Source: a bacterium
GTDB taxonomy: Bacteria > SZUA-182 > DTGQ01 > JAFGSM01
Direction: 5' to 3'
Length of the DNA stretch: 64,000 bases
Assembly: GCA_049472315.1 (NCBI GenBank)
Contig: JBLIRN010000001.1
Span: forward strand, 160,001 to 224,000
Under the pieces are notes generated by a model that saw only the letters and a list, made by a program, of their open reading frames with translations, ran no database searches and was not told where the DNA came from. Of the stretch, positions 21,434 through 30,372 are shown piece after piece. Numbering within the stretch: the stretch's first letter is position 1; each line of letters opens with the position of its first letter. A program made the position numbers and the translations under genes.

Positions 21434-22066
21434 TTATGCCCCACAGGCCTTGTTTACCTTTTCCATGATCATTTCCTTCTTCTTCCTGCAGCCGGATTCA
21501 ACCGCGGCGACCCATTCACCCCTCTCCCTCACGAACGCCTCATCCTTGATGAACGCCAGGTTTATCCGAACATTCAGGCTTGCGGATTCAACGGCAGCAA
21601 GCGCAAGGAGTGCCGATACCCCCGTGTCGGTGATCAGATTCTTGTTCCCGATGTCCACCAGTTCGGTAAGCTGCGTGAACATCTCCTCCGCACAGGCCAT
21701 GACCCTGGAGGGGACCTGCAGGGCTATTTTGCAGGCCTCCTGAATTGCCAGACTCCGTGCCTTCTTATCCTCATCCGTCTCCTTAGGGAGTCCGTAGGAC
21801 TTCGATACCACTGCGTAGGCCTCCGTATCCTCCACGGCCAGGCGGAGCATCTCCTCGGTCAATCTGGTACCTTCCTTGAGTATCTTCCGTGTCCTCTCCT
21901 CGACCGCTGCATAGGCCTTCTTCCCCACGGTGAAGTTGCTTACCATGTTCATCATTGATCCTGCCAGCGCCCCTGCCATTGCTGCAATGCTTCCGCCGCC
22001 CGGCGTGGGACGGCCTGAGGATGCATCCTCGATATACGTGCGTAGCGGCTCATCGATGTATTTCAT
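21434..22066 (-). CDS. Cyclodeaminase/cyclohydrolase family (methenyl-THF cyclohydrolase FchA-like)
   Basis: PTPGGGSIAA, GNKNLITD, NVRINL motifs; adjacent to folD. Confidence 0.88.
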   Translation of the reverse strand: MKYIDEPLRTYIEDASSGRPTPGGGSIAAMAGALAGSMMNMVSNFTVGKKAYAAVEERTRKILKEGTRLTEEMLRLAVEDTEAYAVVSKSYGLPKETDEDKKARSLAIQEACKIALQVPSRVMACAEEMFTQLTELVDIGNKNLITDTGVSALLALAAVESASLNVRINLAFIKDEAFVRERGEWVAAVESGCRKKKEMIMEKVNKACGA

Positions 22067-22508
22067 CCACCTACCCCCTGTAACCATGAGGTGATATAAA
22101 ACGGTTACTATGAAAACAAATGGTTTCGAAGAATGTATACGTCACACGGGCATACATTGGGCTTTTTGAGTTGGCCATAGGGAACACAGGATTTCAATTC
22201 TTACTGTGCCCTTTGTTGTAGAAATACAAATTCGAATAGTGGCTGTTTAAAACATAAAACCGGGTTTTAAAAATACAAAAATTATGGTATTACAGGATGC
22301 CGCGCGTGTCAAGGATTTATGGACGGCAATTCCGATTTCGAATCATGAGCAAAGGGGCCCTGACACGTTTGGTTAAAGTCCTGGATGCCGGCCCTCTCTA
22401 TTGCAGCAAGAGTTACATAGTGCTCCGCTTCGCTCCGCCTAACAAGTTTGGTTGCCCCCCTTCCCTATAAATTTAAACAATTTCCATGACGGCAGGGACC
22501 CGTTTCAA

Positions 22509-23246
22509 TCACCCGAGATCTCCCCATAGAAACTGAATAACCGCGACAATCCCGATCGCCGCCGTCTCCGTCCTCAATATTCGCGGCCCCAGCCCGATGG
22601 AAACAAAGCCGGATTCCCGAGCCAGGCCCACCTCCTCGTCGGTAAGGCCTCCTTCCGGTCCCACCAGGACACTGATGCGGGAAGGCCGTTCCCCGCCCGG
22701 GCATATCCCCTTCAGCCCGATCTCGTGTTCCCCTTCCCATAAAACCAGCTTCAGGTCAAATCCCTCCGCATGTCGCAGGGCGGAAGAGAAATCGGTATAC
22801 GGTGCGATGACCGGAACCCCCGGCCTCCTGCACTGCTGCGACGCCCGCCGGGCCACACGAGGCCATCGATGAGCCTTGGGCTGACGGGCCTCCCGCTCCT
22901 CCAACCGTATGGATCGTTGAGAATAGAAGGGAACGATCCCGGTTACCCCGAGCTCGGTTGACTTTTGTATGATCCATTCCATCCGCTCCTTATCGGGGAG
23001 TGCCTGGAGGAGAAGCAGGTCAAGGGATGAATCCATGGGACGCGCGAGGCGATCAAAAAGGTGAACCTCGCACCAATGCCCGGAAATCCTCTCCACCCGT
23101 CCACGATAATGCCTTCCCCGGTCATCCCCCACCGTGATGATCTCTCCGAGCCTCGGCGGCCATGGCGCGGAGCCGAGAGAAACTACGCAACGTGACGGAA
23201 TGGTGACAGGGTCGGGGAGTGTGGTGAAAAATCCCCTCCTATTCAT
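22509..23246 (-). CDS. rsmE: 16S rRNA m3U1498 methyltransferase
   Basis: IQKSTELGV, VGPEGG, LGPRILRTETA. Confidence 0.93.
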   Translation of the reverse strand: MNRRGFFTTLPDPVTIPSRCVVSLGSAPWPPRLGEIITVGDDRGRHYRGRVERISGHWCEVHLFDRLARPMDSSLDLLLLQALPDKERMEWIIQKSTELGVTGIVPFYSQRSIRLEEREARQPKAHRWPRVARRASQQCRRPGVPVIAPYTDFSSALRHAEGFDLKLVLWEGEHEIGLKGICPGGERPSRISVLVGPEGGLTDEEVGLARESGFVSIGLGPRILRTETAAIGIVAVIQFLWGDLG

Positions 23247-23991
23247 GTATCTCGTCCGTGCGGGCGGTGCCGTCCAGGTGCCGTTCAGTGAGGCTCAAGA
23301 TACCCCTCATCATGGCCACCTCCCTCTGAGTAAGATCCAGCATGGAGATGACATCTATGAGGGTGATCAGTATGTGACGCTCACCCGTCTGCATAAATCC
23401 AATGCGCCGCAGTACCCTCTCCATATGTTCAACAAGCCCCTGACGCTCACCTGCGGTGGCACGATCCGCTTCCCTGCCCGGAGACATCTCCCTTCTCCTC
23501 CCACGGGAGGCAATCTGCCATTCATAGGCCATTATCATAACGGCCTGTGCAAGGTTTATGGAGGGAAGATCCCTTGAGGTGGGTATGACCACGACCTTCT
23601 GACATAGCGAGAGTTCGTGGTTCGACAGGCCGTTTCGTTCCGATCCGAAGACAATGGCCACCCGGTGACCCGGGGGCAATGCCATGATATGGTCCATGAT
23701 CTGTCGTGGTTCAAATGTGGCGAGGCGGTGTCGTCGCATCCTGCTGGTTGTTCCCACCACATAGTGCATGTCTGAAACCGCGCGATCAAGGGTTGTATAG
23801 AGCGGCGCATGTTCGAGCACATCCTCGGCTCCGGGCGCCATCTTAATCCCCTCCAGCCATCGCTCGCGATTGGGGCTCACGAGGATGAGCCCGTCACACC
23901 CCATGTTCTTGACGGCCCTCGCCGCAGCACCCATATTCCCTGCATTCTTGCATCCGCATAGGACAAAAAACAGGGAAGGTATCACCTTCAT
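23239..23991 (-). CDS. TrmJ/SpoU-family RNA 2'-O-methyltransferase
   Basis: NMGAAARAVKNMG, VFGSERNGL, SINLAQAV. Confidence 0.88.
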   Translation of the reverse strand: MKVIPSLFFVLCGCKNAGNMGAAARAVKNMGCDGLILVSPNRERWLEGIKMAPGAEDVLEHAPLYTTLDRAVSDMHYVVGTTSRMRRHRLATFEPRQIMDHIMALPPGHRVAIVFGSERNGLSNHELSLCQKVVVIPTSRDLPSINLAQAVMIMAYEWQIASRGRRREMSPGREADRATAGERQGLVEHMERVLRRIGFMQTGERHILITLIDVISMLDLTQREVAMMRGILSLTERHLDGTARTDEIHE

Positions 23992-24121
23992 GGCATTCCC
24001 TCCACATGCATCATGTGCCCTATTATACCATGTTCATAACTGTGCACTGTATTGAGCACGTATCCCTGTTCACTGATGGAAGGAAGACCGTACCGGCGGC
24101 GGCAACGTCAATCAAATTCCC

Positions 24122-25165
24122 TCACTCCCCGGGCATCTCCCTGCACTGGGCACCCAGTTGCCCGCAGGCAGCCAGGATATCCGCCCCCCTGCTCTTCCTG
24201 ATGAATGCCATCATGCCCTTTTCTTCAAGGTATGCCTGAAGATATTCCACGCACTCCCTTTCAGGGGCCTGAAACGGGAGAAAGGGATTCGCATTATAGG
24301 GGATGAGGTTCACCGCTATTCGATCCCGCATTGCACGAAGAAGGGAGGTGAGGTCAACGGCGCACGTATGGCTGTCGTTTATGCCGCGGATCACACAGTA
24401 CTCAATGGTGATCCTCTGCCTGGGAGGGACCGGGTAGCGTCGAAGACATGCCCTAAGTGGGCCCAGAGGGTATGTCCGGTTGATCGGCATGAGGGCATCC
24501 CTGATCCGATCGGTCGGTGCATTGAGGGAAACGGCCAGTCTGATACCGAGATTCTCCGTGGCAAGCCGGTCGATGCCCGGTATGATGCCAACGGTGGAGA
24601 GGGTGATACGGCGCGGATGGAACCCGAAGCGATCCGGATCGATGAGGCTTTTCACTGCATGAATGGTCTGATCGTAATTGTCGAGGGGCTCGCCCATGCC
24701 CATAAGCACGATATTGGTCACCCTTTCCTGTTTCACGGACCTCATCACCTCCAGCACCTGATCGCTGATTTCATGGTGCTGAAGGGAACGCTGAAATCCG
24801 AGCGTCCCGGTCACGCAGAATTTACAGCCCTGCCTGCAGCCCGACTGGGTTGATAGACAAAGGGTGAGTCGATCCCCCTCCCTGATGGCGACGGTCTCAA
24901 TCAGTGCCTCGTCGTGGAGGGAAAAGAGAAATTTCCGGGTCCCGTCCCGTGACTGTCGGATCTCCCGGCAATGCAATGAGGAGAGGGTACAATGCCCCTT
25001 CAGCCTGTCGCGCAGGTCAATGGGGAGTGTGTGCATTTCATCAAAGGAACAAACCCCCTGCCGGTATAAACAGTGGTGCACCTGACGTGTCCGGAACGGC
25101 GGATGGCCCCATGATGCAAACAATGTGGTAAGCTCGCCTGTGGTTAATGCGGTGATACATCTCAT
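24122..25165 (-). CDS. rlmN: 23S rRNA m2A2503 radical-SAM methyltransferase
   Basis: CLSTQSGCRQGCKFC, MGMGEP, AACGQL; start set at ATG 25165. Confidence 0.93.
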   Translation of the reverse strand: MRCITALTTGELTTLFASWGHPPFRTRQVHHCLYRQGVCSFDEMHTLPIDLRDRLKGHCTLSSLHCREIRQSRDGTRKFLFSLHDEALIETVAIREGDRLTLCLSTQSGCRQGCKFCVTGTLGFQRSLQHHEISDQVLEVMRSVKQERVTNIVLMGMGEPLDNYDQTIHAVKSLIDPDRFGFHPRRITLSTVGIIPGIDRLATENLGIRLAVSLNAPTDRIRDALMPINRTYPLGPLRACLRRYPVPPRQRITIEYCVIRGINDSHTCAVDLTSLLRAMRDRIAVNLIPYNANPFLPFQAPERECVEYLQAYLEEKGMMAFIRKSRGADILAACGQLGAQCREMPGE

Positions 25166-25205
25166 GTAATCATTACTATAGCATCGCATGAGAGGAAAGG
25201 TCAAA

Positions 25206-25232
25206 GGGCCTGCCGGCACAGCCGGCAGGCCC
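25206..25232 (-). terminator. Intrinsic terminator after Gly-rich gene
   Basis: GGGCCTGCCGGC-ACA-GCCGGCAGGCCC 12-bp hairpin followed by TTTG on minus strand. Confidence 0.7.
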
Positions 25233-25258
25233 TCAAATATGCCTATAGGAAAAGAGAA

Positions 25259-26176
25259 TCAGATAACCGCCGCAGCCAGCAGTTCGAGGGAGAACGTACC
25301 TGACTCTTGCGGCGTGGTATTGGGGAGCTTGTAGATATCGTAATACCCCTGCATGGTGGTCGGAGTGGGGAGCGGCGCCGTTATGGTAATCGCATAGCTC
25401 ACGGTCGGATCCTGGCCGGTGAGCTGTACAAAGGTGGCGGTTCCTGACCCAAATACATTAAAAATGCCGGCGAAGGTATTATTCCCGATCAATTGCGCCG
25501 TACCGCTAAGGCTGCCGGTCAATGGGTCCTCCTTGAGGTTCATCACCATGGTGCCGAAAAGGAAGCCAAGGTTCCACTGGCCTATCCACGTGCCTGCCTG
25601 CTCCGCAACGAACGGATTATTCAGGGTGGCAGTGCTTAGGGGATTGGAGCCGAGCCCGGTCAGAAGCGAGCCGAGCCCGGTCAGGGAATTGAGCCCATAC
25701 AGGCCGCCCTGGCCGAGAAGGCCGAGCATTCCGCCAAGACCGTAAAGGTTGCCCGTGCCATAGAGCCCGTAGAGCCCGCCCATGCCGTAAAGCCCACCGC
25801 AGTAGCCGCCGTAGAGCCCGCCATACATGCCATAGAGGCCACCATACAGCCCGCCCATGCCGTAGAGCCCGCCCATACCATAAAGCCCATACAACCCGCC
25901 CATGCCGTAGAGCCCGGAGAGGCCCCCAAGCCCGGAGAGCCCCAAACCGCCAAGGCTTGTGGTCAGATTGTAGATGCCACCAAATCCATATGGATTCAAA
26001 AGGTTTTTCATCAATCCCGAACTGTAAAGGGGATTCGATACGCTCGACAGGGCATAGATGGAGGACATGCCGTAATATGCGCGCCCAACGCCGGGGCTCC
26101 ACAATCCAATCATCCCGGATCCAATGACCGTGGCAACGATCAGCAGGATAATCCTTACATAACAATGCCGTTTCAT
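25259..26176 (-). CDS. Secreted Gly/Leu/Tyr/Met-rich protein (GGLYG repeats) with C-terminal AEQAGTW domain
   Basis: N-terminal basic+hydrophobic signal, RA-YYG, GGLYGM repeats, C-terminal domain paralogous to 26407..27321; GAAGGAGG RBS. Confidence 0.85.
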   Translation of the reverse strand: MKRHCYVRIILLIVATVIGSGMIGLWSPGVGRAYYGMSSIYALSSVSNPLYSSGLMKNLLNPYGFGGIYNLTTSLGGLGLSGLGGLSGLYGMGGLYGLYGMGGLYGMGGLYGGLYGMYGGLYGGYCGGLYGMGGLYGLYGTGNLYGLGGMLGLLGQGGLYGLNSLTGLGSLLTGLGSNPLSTATLNNPFVAEQAGTWIGQWNLGFLFGTMVMNLKEDPLTGSLSGTAQLIGNNTFAGIFNVFGSGTATFVQLTGQDPTVSYAITITAPLPTPTTMQGYYDIYKLPNTTPQESGTFSLELLAAAVI

Positions 26177-26295
26177 CCCTAACCCTCCTTCATCTCCTAA
26201 CCATAGATTTTATGAAAATAACCATTCAGGATATCCGGATTGTATTGTATTTTTTATATCCCAGCGGTGTATTTTCGATATTTTAAATACTATAA

Positions 26296-26311
26296 AGCAA
26301 GAATGGTGCCG
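26296..26311 (-). promoter_or_regulatory. Sigma54 -24/-12 promoter
   Basis: CGGCAC-CATTC-TTGCT on minus strand, 120 bp upstream of 26176. Confidence 0.7.
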
Positions 26312-26315
26312 CATT

Positions 26316-26368
26316 AAAAAAGGGGTTGGTCCCCCCCGTTCGATACCTCTCGAGGAAGGCCAACCCCT
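26316..26368 (-). terminator. Probable intrinsic terminator after 26407..27321
   Basis: AGGGGTTGG...CCAACCCCT stem with T-run on minus strand; long loop. Confidence 0.55.
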
Positions 26369-26406
26369 CATATGAACCATAGTCTGAGGGTATGTGTCCC
26401 TGTTGA

Positions 26407-27321
26407 TTAAATGATCGGGGCGATCAGCCCAAGGTCGATCGTCCCGGATTCCGTCACCGTGCCGCCACTGCTCAGGTTGATCAGATTATAGGTACCGGTC
26501 ATATGATCAGGGGCGATCAGGATACCAATGATCTGAAGTTCAAAGGTCATTCCGCCGAGCCCGGTTGCTGTGCCGCTCACAATGACCTGGGAATTGAGCA
26601 CCTGCCCGGTTACATCAACAAGGGCGCTCAATGTGGGATTGCCTAGCAACTGTGCGGTCCCGAGAACACCCCCGAGGAGATCCTCAATCAGATTCATGCT
26701 CATCTGGCCTCCCAGAAGGCCGTTCGACCATGTTCCCAGCCAGGTCCCCGCCTGCTCTGCAATGAACAGGGGAATCAGCGGGAGGATCGCGGATGCGGTT
26801 GCCGTCGGCGCCGGGGTGGCGGTTGCGGTTGATGGGGATGTCATGAGGCTGGATAGCAGGCCTCCCATGCCCCCCATACCATAGAGACCGCCGAGCATCC
26901 CGAGTCCGCCGAGACCGCCGAGGACTCCCAGTCCGCTGAGGCCGGTGAGTGCACCAAGCCCGCTAAGGCCACCAAGACCGTACAAACCGCCCATCATGCC
27001 GTACAGCCCGCCGTACATTCCAAGGCCGTAAAGGCCACCAAGACCGTACAAACCGCCCATCATGCCGTACAGCCCGCCGTACATTCCAAGGCCATAAAGG
27101 CCCCCAAGGCCGTAAATGCCGCTCAGACCATAGAGCCCGCTCAGACCTGAAAGCCCGCCAAGGCCATAGATGCCGCCGAGGCCATACATACCGCCAAGGC
27201 CATACATACCGCCAAGGCCAAACATGCCGTAATAGGCATGGGAAAGTGATTCCAAGAAAAGAATCAGCAAGGCAATAAATAACACCATTACCAAGAGCCT
27301 ACCTAACCACGAAGAATTCAT
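26407..27321 (-). CDS. Secreted Gly/Leu/Tyr/Met-rich protein (GGLYG repeats) with C-terminal AEQAGTW domain
   Basis: Signal peptide ending SHA-YYG, GLGGLYG repeats, Thr/Ala/Pro linker, C-terminal domain; AAGGAG RBS. Confidence 0.85.
   Translation of the reverse strand: MNSSWLGRLLVMVLFIALLILFLESLSHAYYGMFGLGGMYGLGGMYGLGGIYGLGGLSGLSGLYGLSGIYGLGGLYGLGMYGGLYGMMGGLYGLGGLYGLGMYGGLYGMMGGLYGLGGLSGLGALTGLSGLGVLGGLGGLGMLGGLYGMGGMGGLLSSLMTSPSTATATPAPTATASAILPLIPLFIAEQAGTWLGTWSNGLLGGQMSMNLIEDLLGGVLGTAQLLGNPTLSALVDVTGQVLNSQVIVSGTATGLGGMTFELQIIGILIAPDHMTGTYNLINLSSGGTVTESGTIDLGLIAPII
26965..27093. repeat. 66-bp-period tandem duplication inside Gly-rich gene
   Basis: 63-bp identical copies at 26965-27027 and 27031-27093, encoding GLGMYGGLYGMMGGLYGLGG twice. 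Confidence 0.85.
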
Positions 27322-27566
27322 CGTACTACTCCTTGTTTCGATCCTGAATAATCAACCCTCTTTCTAAATTGGATCTTTCTTGTTCGGGAACAGGCACCAC
27401 GTCAGGTTCCTAATCAATGGATCTTCATCATGGAAAAATCCGTGGCAACAGCCGTCGTATCACCTCCTTACACATTCAAGGACTTCCAAAAAATACTGCC
27501 CATCGAATAACGAGTGAAATTGTATTGTTCGGGATGGAAAAAATATGTATTGTCTACCATTAATTT

Positions 27567-27582
27567 TGCAATCGTTATGCCA
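27567..27582 (-). promoter_or_regulatory. Sigma54 -24/-12 promoter
   Basis: TGGCAT-AACGA-TTGCA on minus strand upstream of 27321. Confidence 0.75.
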
Positions 27583-27839
27583 TCAGGTCGGTGGATGATC
27601 GGGTGTTTGCGCATCCATGCATCGCATGAGTCCGTACATGGTAACTGATTAGAAATAAATAAAAAATAACTAACGCTTTTATATTATTTCTAATAAAGTC
27701 ATTGTTTTGTAATTAATAATAACCGTATTGTGTTATGATGCAGACATAGGATTTATGAAAATATAAAAATTTTTTATGATTGGACTTATTCCCGCAGTAA
27801 CAGGTTAAAAAGATGGGCACAAATGATCCTCTACGCCAT

Positions 27840-29546
27840 TCAAAACAATCTCCATCCTGAATTATTTGAAGACCATGGATATCTTTGGGCGGAGAGGGTC
27901 GATGGAAATGGAGACATGGAGGGTATCCCCCGAACAAAGACACCGCTGAATGGCATATATCCGGGCATTGTCCAAGGTCCCTGTTGAAGGCCTTGTAAAC
28001 GAAAGGGGTAGTCTCCCATGGCCCCAAAGGGGGATGCACGGTATGAGGTAGAATTGAATGGAATAGACTGGATTACCGGCTGTTTCATCCAGGGTAATCC
28101 CTGATACATGCCCACACCTCCTTGCCATGAAGGGGAATACGAGAGGGGAGTACTCCCTGCGCTCACATACGCCCCATATGGAGCCGAAAATGAAGGGAGA
28201 AGAGGCTGGAAAGGGGATGCCGATGCCGCAGTGGCAATCACTGGTAATGACGCAAGTGCAGCGGCAGCATCAACAAGACCCGCCCCGAAGTATTGATCCC
28301 ACCCGACTGCACCGATGTCTCGCGCAGTGCTTACCAATGTGGATTGTATCAAATCGGGACCCAGCGCACCCCCTGTTGCTGCGACGATCAAGGCGGCCAC
28401 CCCTGTTACATGGGCCGCTGCGCAGGATGTCCCCTGAAAGATATAGTAATCGAATGTCTGAAGGTCAATACCATTATGGGTCTGCTGGACAATCCCGTCG
28501 GGCTTGCCGTCCAGATTTTGATCATAGGCCAGGCTCCCTCCCGGTGCACAGATATCGATGTCCGATCCGTAATTTGAATAGAAGGCCAATGTCTGGTCAT
28601 ATTTGATGGCGCTGACACTGATGCACTCGGGATAGGAAGAGGGGTAATGGGGCGCTGAGGAGGCGCCGTTCCCTGCTGAGCACACCATGGTCACCTTGTT
28701 GAGATTGGCATAGGTTACCGCCTCTTCAAGGGTAAGGGAGGGGGTAACGGTCCCGAAACTCGTATTTATGATCTGTGCGCCGTTATCCACGGCAAAGTAG
28801 ATCCCCGCGACCACATCATCGAGGAGTCCGTTGCTGTTTTCATCCAGGACCTTTATCGGCATAACGCTGCACCCGAAGGCCACCCCGGCGCATCCGAGGA
28901 GATTGTTGGTCGTCTGGGCGATAGTGCCGGTAATATGCGTACCGTGCCCATGATCGTCATCAGGGTAAGGATCATCATTGACAAAGTCCCATCCCGGCAG
29001 GATGGCGGTCCCTGCAAGGTCCGGTGCCTGGGCATAGGGGAGGACGTTCCGATAGGCAGCGCCGGTATCAAGAACCGCCACCACAGCGCCGCTCCCGTTC
29101 TGAACGTCCCAGGCCACCTCCATATTGATCATCCCCAGATGCCATTGATAGATGTAAATGGGATCATTGGGCACAAATTCCGCCTCCACATAATAATTTG
29201 GCTCCGCGTACCGGACAAAGGGAAGAAGCTCCAGAAATGATGCAATCTGCTCGACCTGAACAGGCAATGCCAGGCTCACGGAATAGAGCGGTATGGTATG
29301 GTGAAGGCGATGCCGCTCATGGGGACCGCATGAATCGAGTATACCCTGGATATCTGAATTGCTTGCCCAGTCGACGAACCTGACAAGGACCTCCTGAGGG
29401 GCATACAGGGGATGCGGCGCACATCTCATCGGAAAGGGGAGAAAGGCGAAGGACTCGACGCGAAAAAACAGGCAGAAGAGGACACCAAGGACGCACCCCG
29501 GCCCCAGAATGACAGGCCATTTTCCTTTTCTCACTCTATCACCCAT
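27840..29546 (-). CDS. Secreted S8 (subtilisin-like) serine peptidase with propeptide and low-complexity C-terminal tail
   Basis: VAVLDTG, HGHGTH, SAGN, QGTSCA triad motifs; signal peptide; Pro/Gly/Tyr/Phe-rich tail. Confidence 0.92.
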   Translation of the reverse strand: MGDRVRKGKWPVILGPGCVLGVLFCLFFRVESFAFLPFPMRCAPHPLYAPQEVLVRFVDWASNSDIQGILDSCGPHERHRLHHTIPLYSVSLALPVQVEQIASFLELLPFVRYAEPNYYVEAEFVPNDPIYIYQWHLGMINMEVAWDVQNGSGAVVAVLDTGAAYRNVLPYAQAPDLAGTAILPGWDFVNDDPYPDDDHGHGTHITGTIAQTTNNLLGCAGVAFGCSVMPIKVLDENSNGLLDDVVAGIYFAVDNGAQIINTSFGTVTPSLTLEEAVTYANLNKVTMVCSAGNGASSAPHYPSSYPECISVSAIKYDQTLAFYSNYGSDIDICAPGGSLAYDQNLDGKPDGIVQQTHNGIDLQTFDYYIFQGTSCAAAHVTGVAALIVAATGGALGPDLIQSTLVSTARDIGAVGWDQYFGAGLVDAAAALASLPVIATAASASPFQPLLPSFSAPYGAYVSAGSTPLSYSPSWQGGVGMYQGLPWMKQPVIQSIPFNSTSYRASPFGAMGDYPFRLQGLQQGPWTMPGYMPFSGVFVRGIPSMSPFPSTLSAQRYPWSSNNSGWRLF

Positions 29547-29625
29547 GAACCAACTCTTCTCATCGTGTTATCGTGTGATCGTCCTGATTAATCCTCCCGG
29601 CCTCAGGGGACTGCATCAAAATACA

Positions 29626-29886
29626 TCAAAATCCCCACCAATATGGCCAAACAAAAGGTGCACCAAAAGGGCTGTAAGGCCATCCTCCGAACCCGAAGGG
29701 TGTCACCCAGGACAAACCATACAGGGTACCATAGCGAAGGGTGCCATAATTATAAAAATCGCCGAGTCCCGAGGTGACCGGAAAATACCATTGTGCAACT
29801 GCGGAATGAACGGAAACGACAAGAATATGAAGACATATCAGCGCACACACAATGCACCATACGATATGAACCCTCTTTACATCCAT
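29626..29886 (-). CDS. Small secreted Gly/aromatic-rich protein (86 aa)
   Basis: From ATG 29886 with GGAG RBS: hydrophobic signal ending AVA-QWYF, then YGTLRYGTLYG...PFGFGGWPYSPFG...WWGF. Confidence 0.7.
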   Translation of the reverse strand: MDVKRVHIVWCIVCALICLHILVVSVHSAVAQWYFPVTSGLGDFYNYGTLRYGTLYGLSWVTPFGFGGWPYSPFGAPFVWPYWWGF

Positions 29887-29992
29887 CGTTAATTGCTCCA
29901 GTACATCCGGCAACGGGAAGGATCGGAATATGGAGAGGTCCCCCCGCCTTTCAATGTATCTAAATCGAATATATGGTCTCTCTTGTAAACTG

Positions 29993-30008
29993 AGCAATAT
30001 CAGTGCCA
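29993..30008 (-). promoter_or_regulatory. Sigma54 -24/-12 promoter
   Basis: Consensus TGGCAC-TGATA-TTGCT on minus strand, ~107 bp upstream of 29886. Confidence 0.8.
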
Positions 30009-30372
30009 GATCATTACACCCCGCTCCCTGGCACGGCAGTCTATCCTCGCCTGATGTGACACTCTTCACATAAGCTATCTATCTGATTTATATAGCTTAA
30101 GTACCTTGCACATTCGTATTGCCGACAATACCCCCGAGCACAGAGGGGTCATACCGCCTAGCACCCTGCATAGATTTTTTCCCGTGTCATAGGAATAATG
30201 CGCTGGTGTGTCTTCCTGCCTCAGACACGGGGGAAAATGGCGTTCCGCAACTGCAGATGCAAATGATGGCACTCTGGGTACCCTTACGGATAAAGGCAAG
30301 GGATCATTGCGGACGGATTTCGATAGGTGAGGATCAGGGGGCACTGCATCAAGATTCGAACGGAATGGCTCC

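Noticed and set aside
22421..22460. GCTCCGCTTCGCTCCGCCTAAC resembling an integron attC fragment
   Set aside because: No matching GTTRRRY core at suitable distance, no second site, no integrase
29626..29886. Gly/aromatic-rich peptides as RiPP precursors
   Set aside because: Sec-type signal peptides rather than RiPP leaders; no YcaO, lanthionine, dedicated radical-SAM or peptidase-ABC genes nearby (the radical-SAM gene is rlmN)
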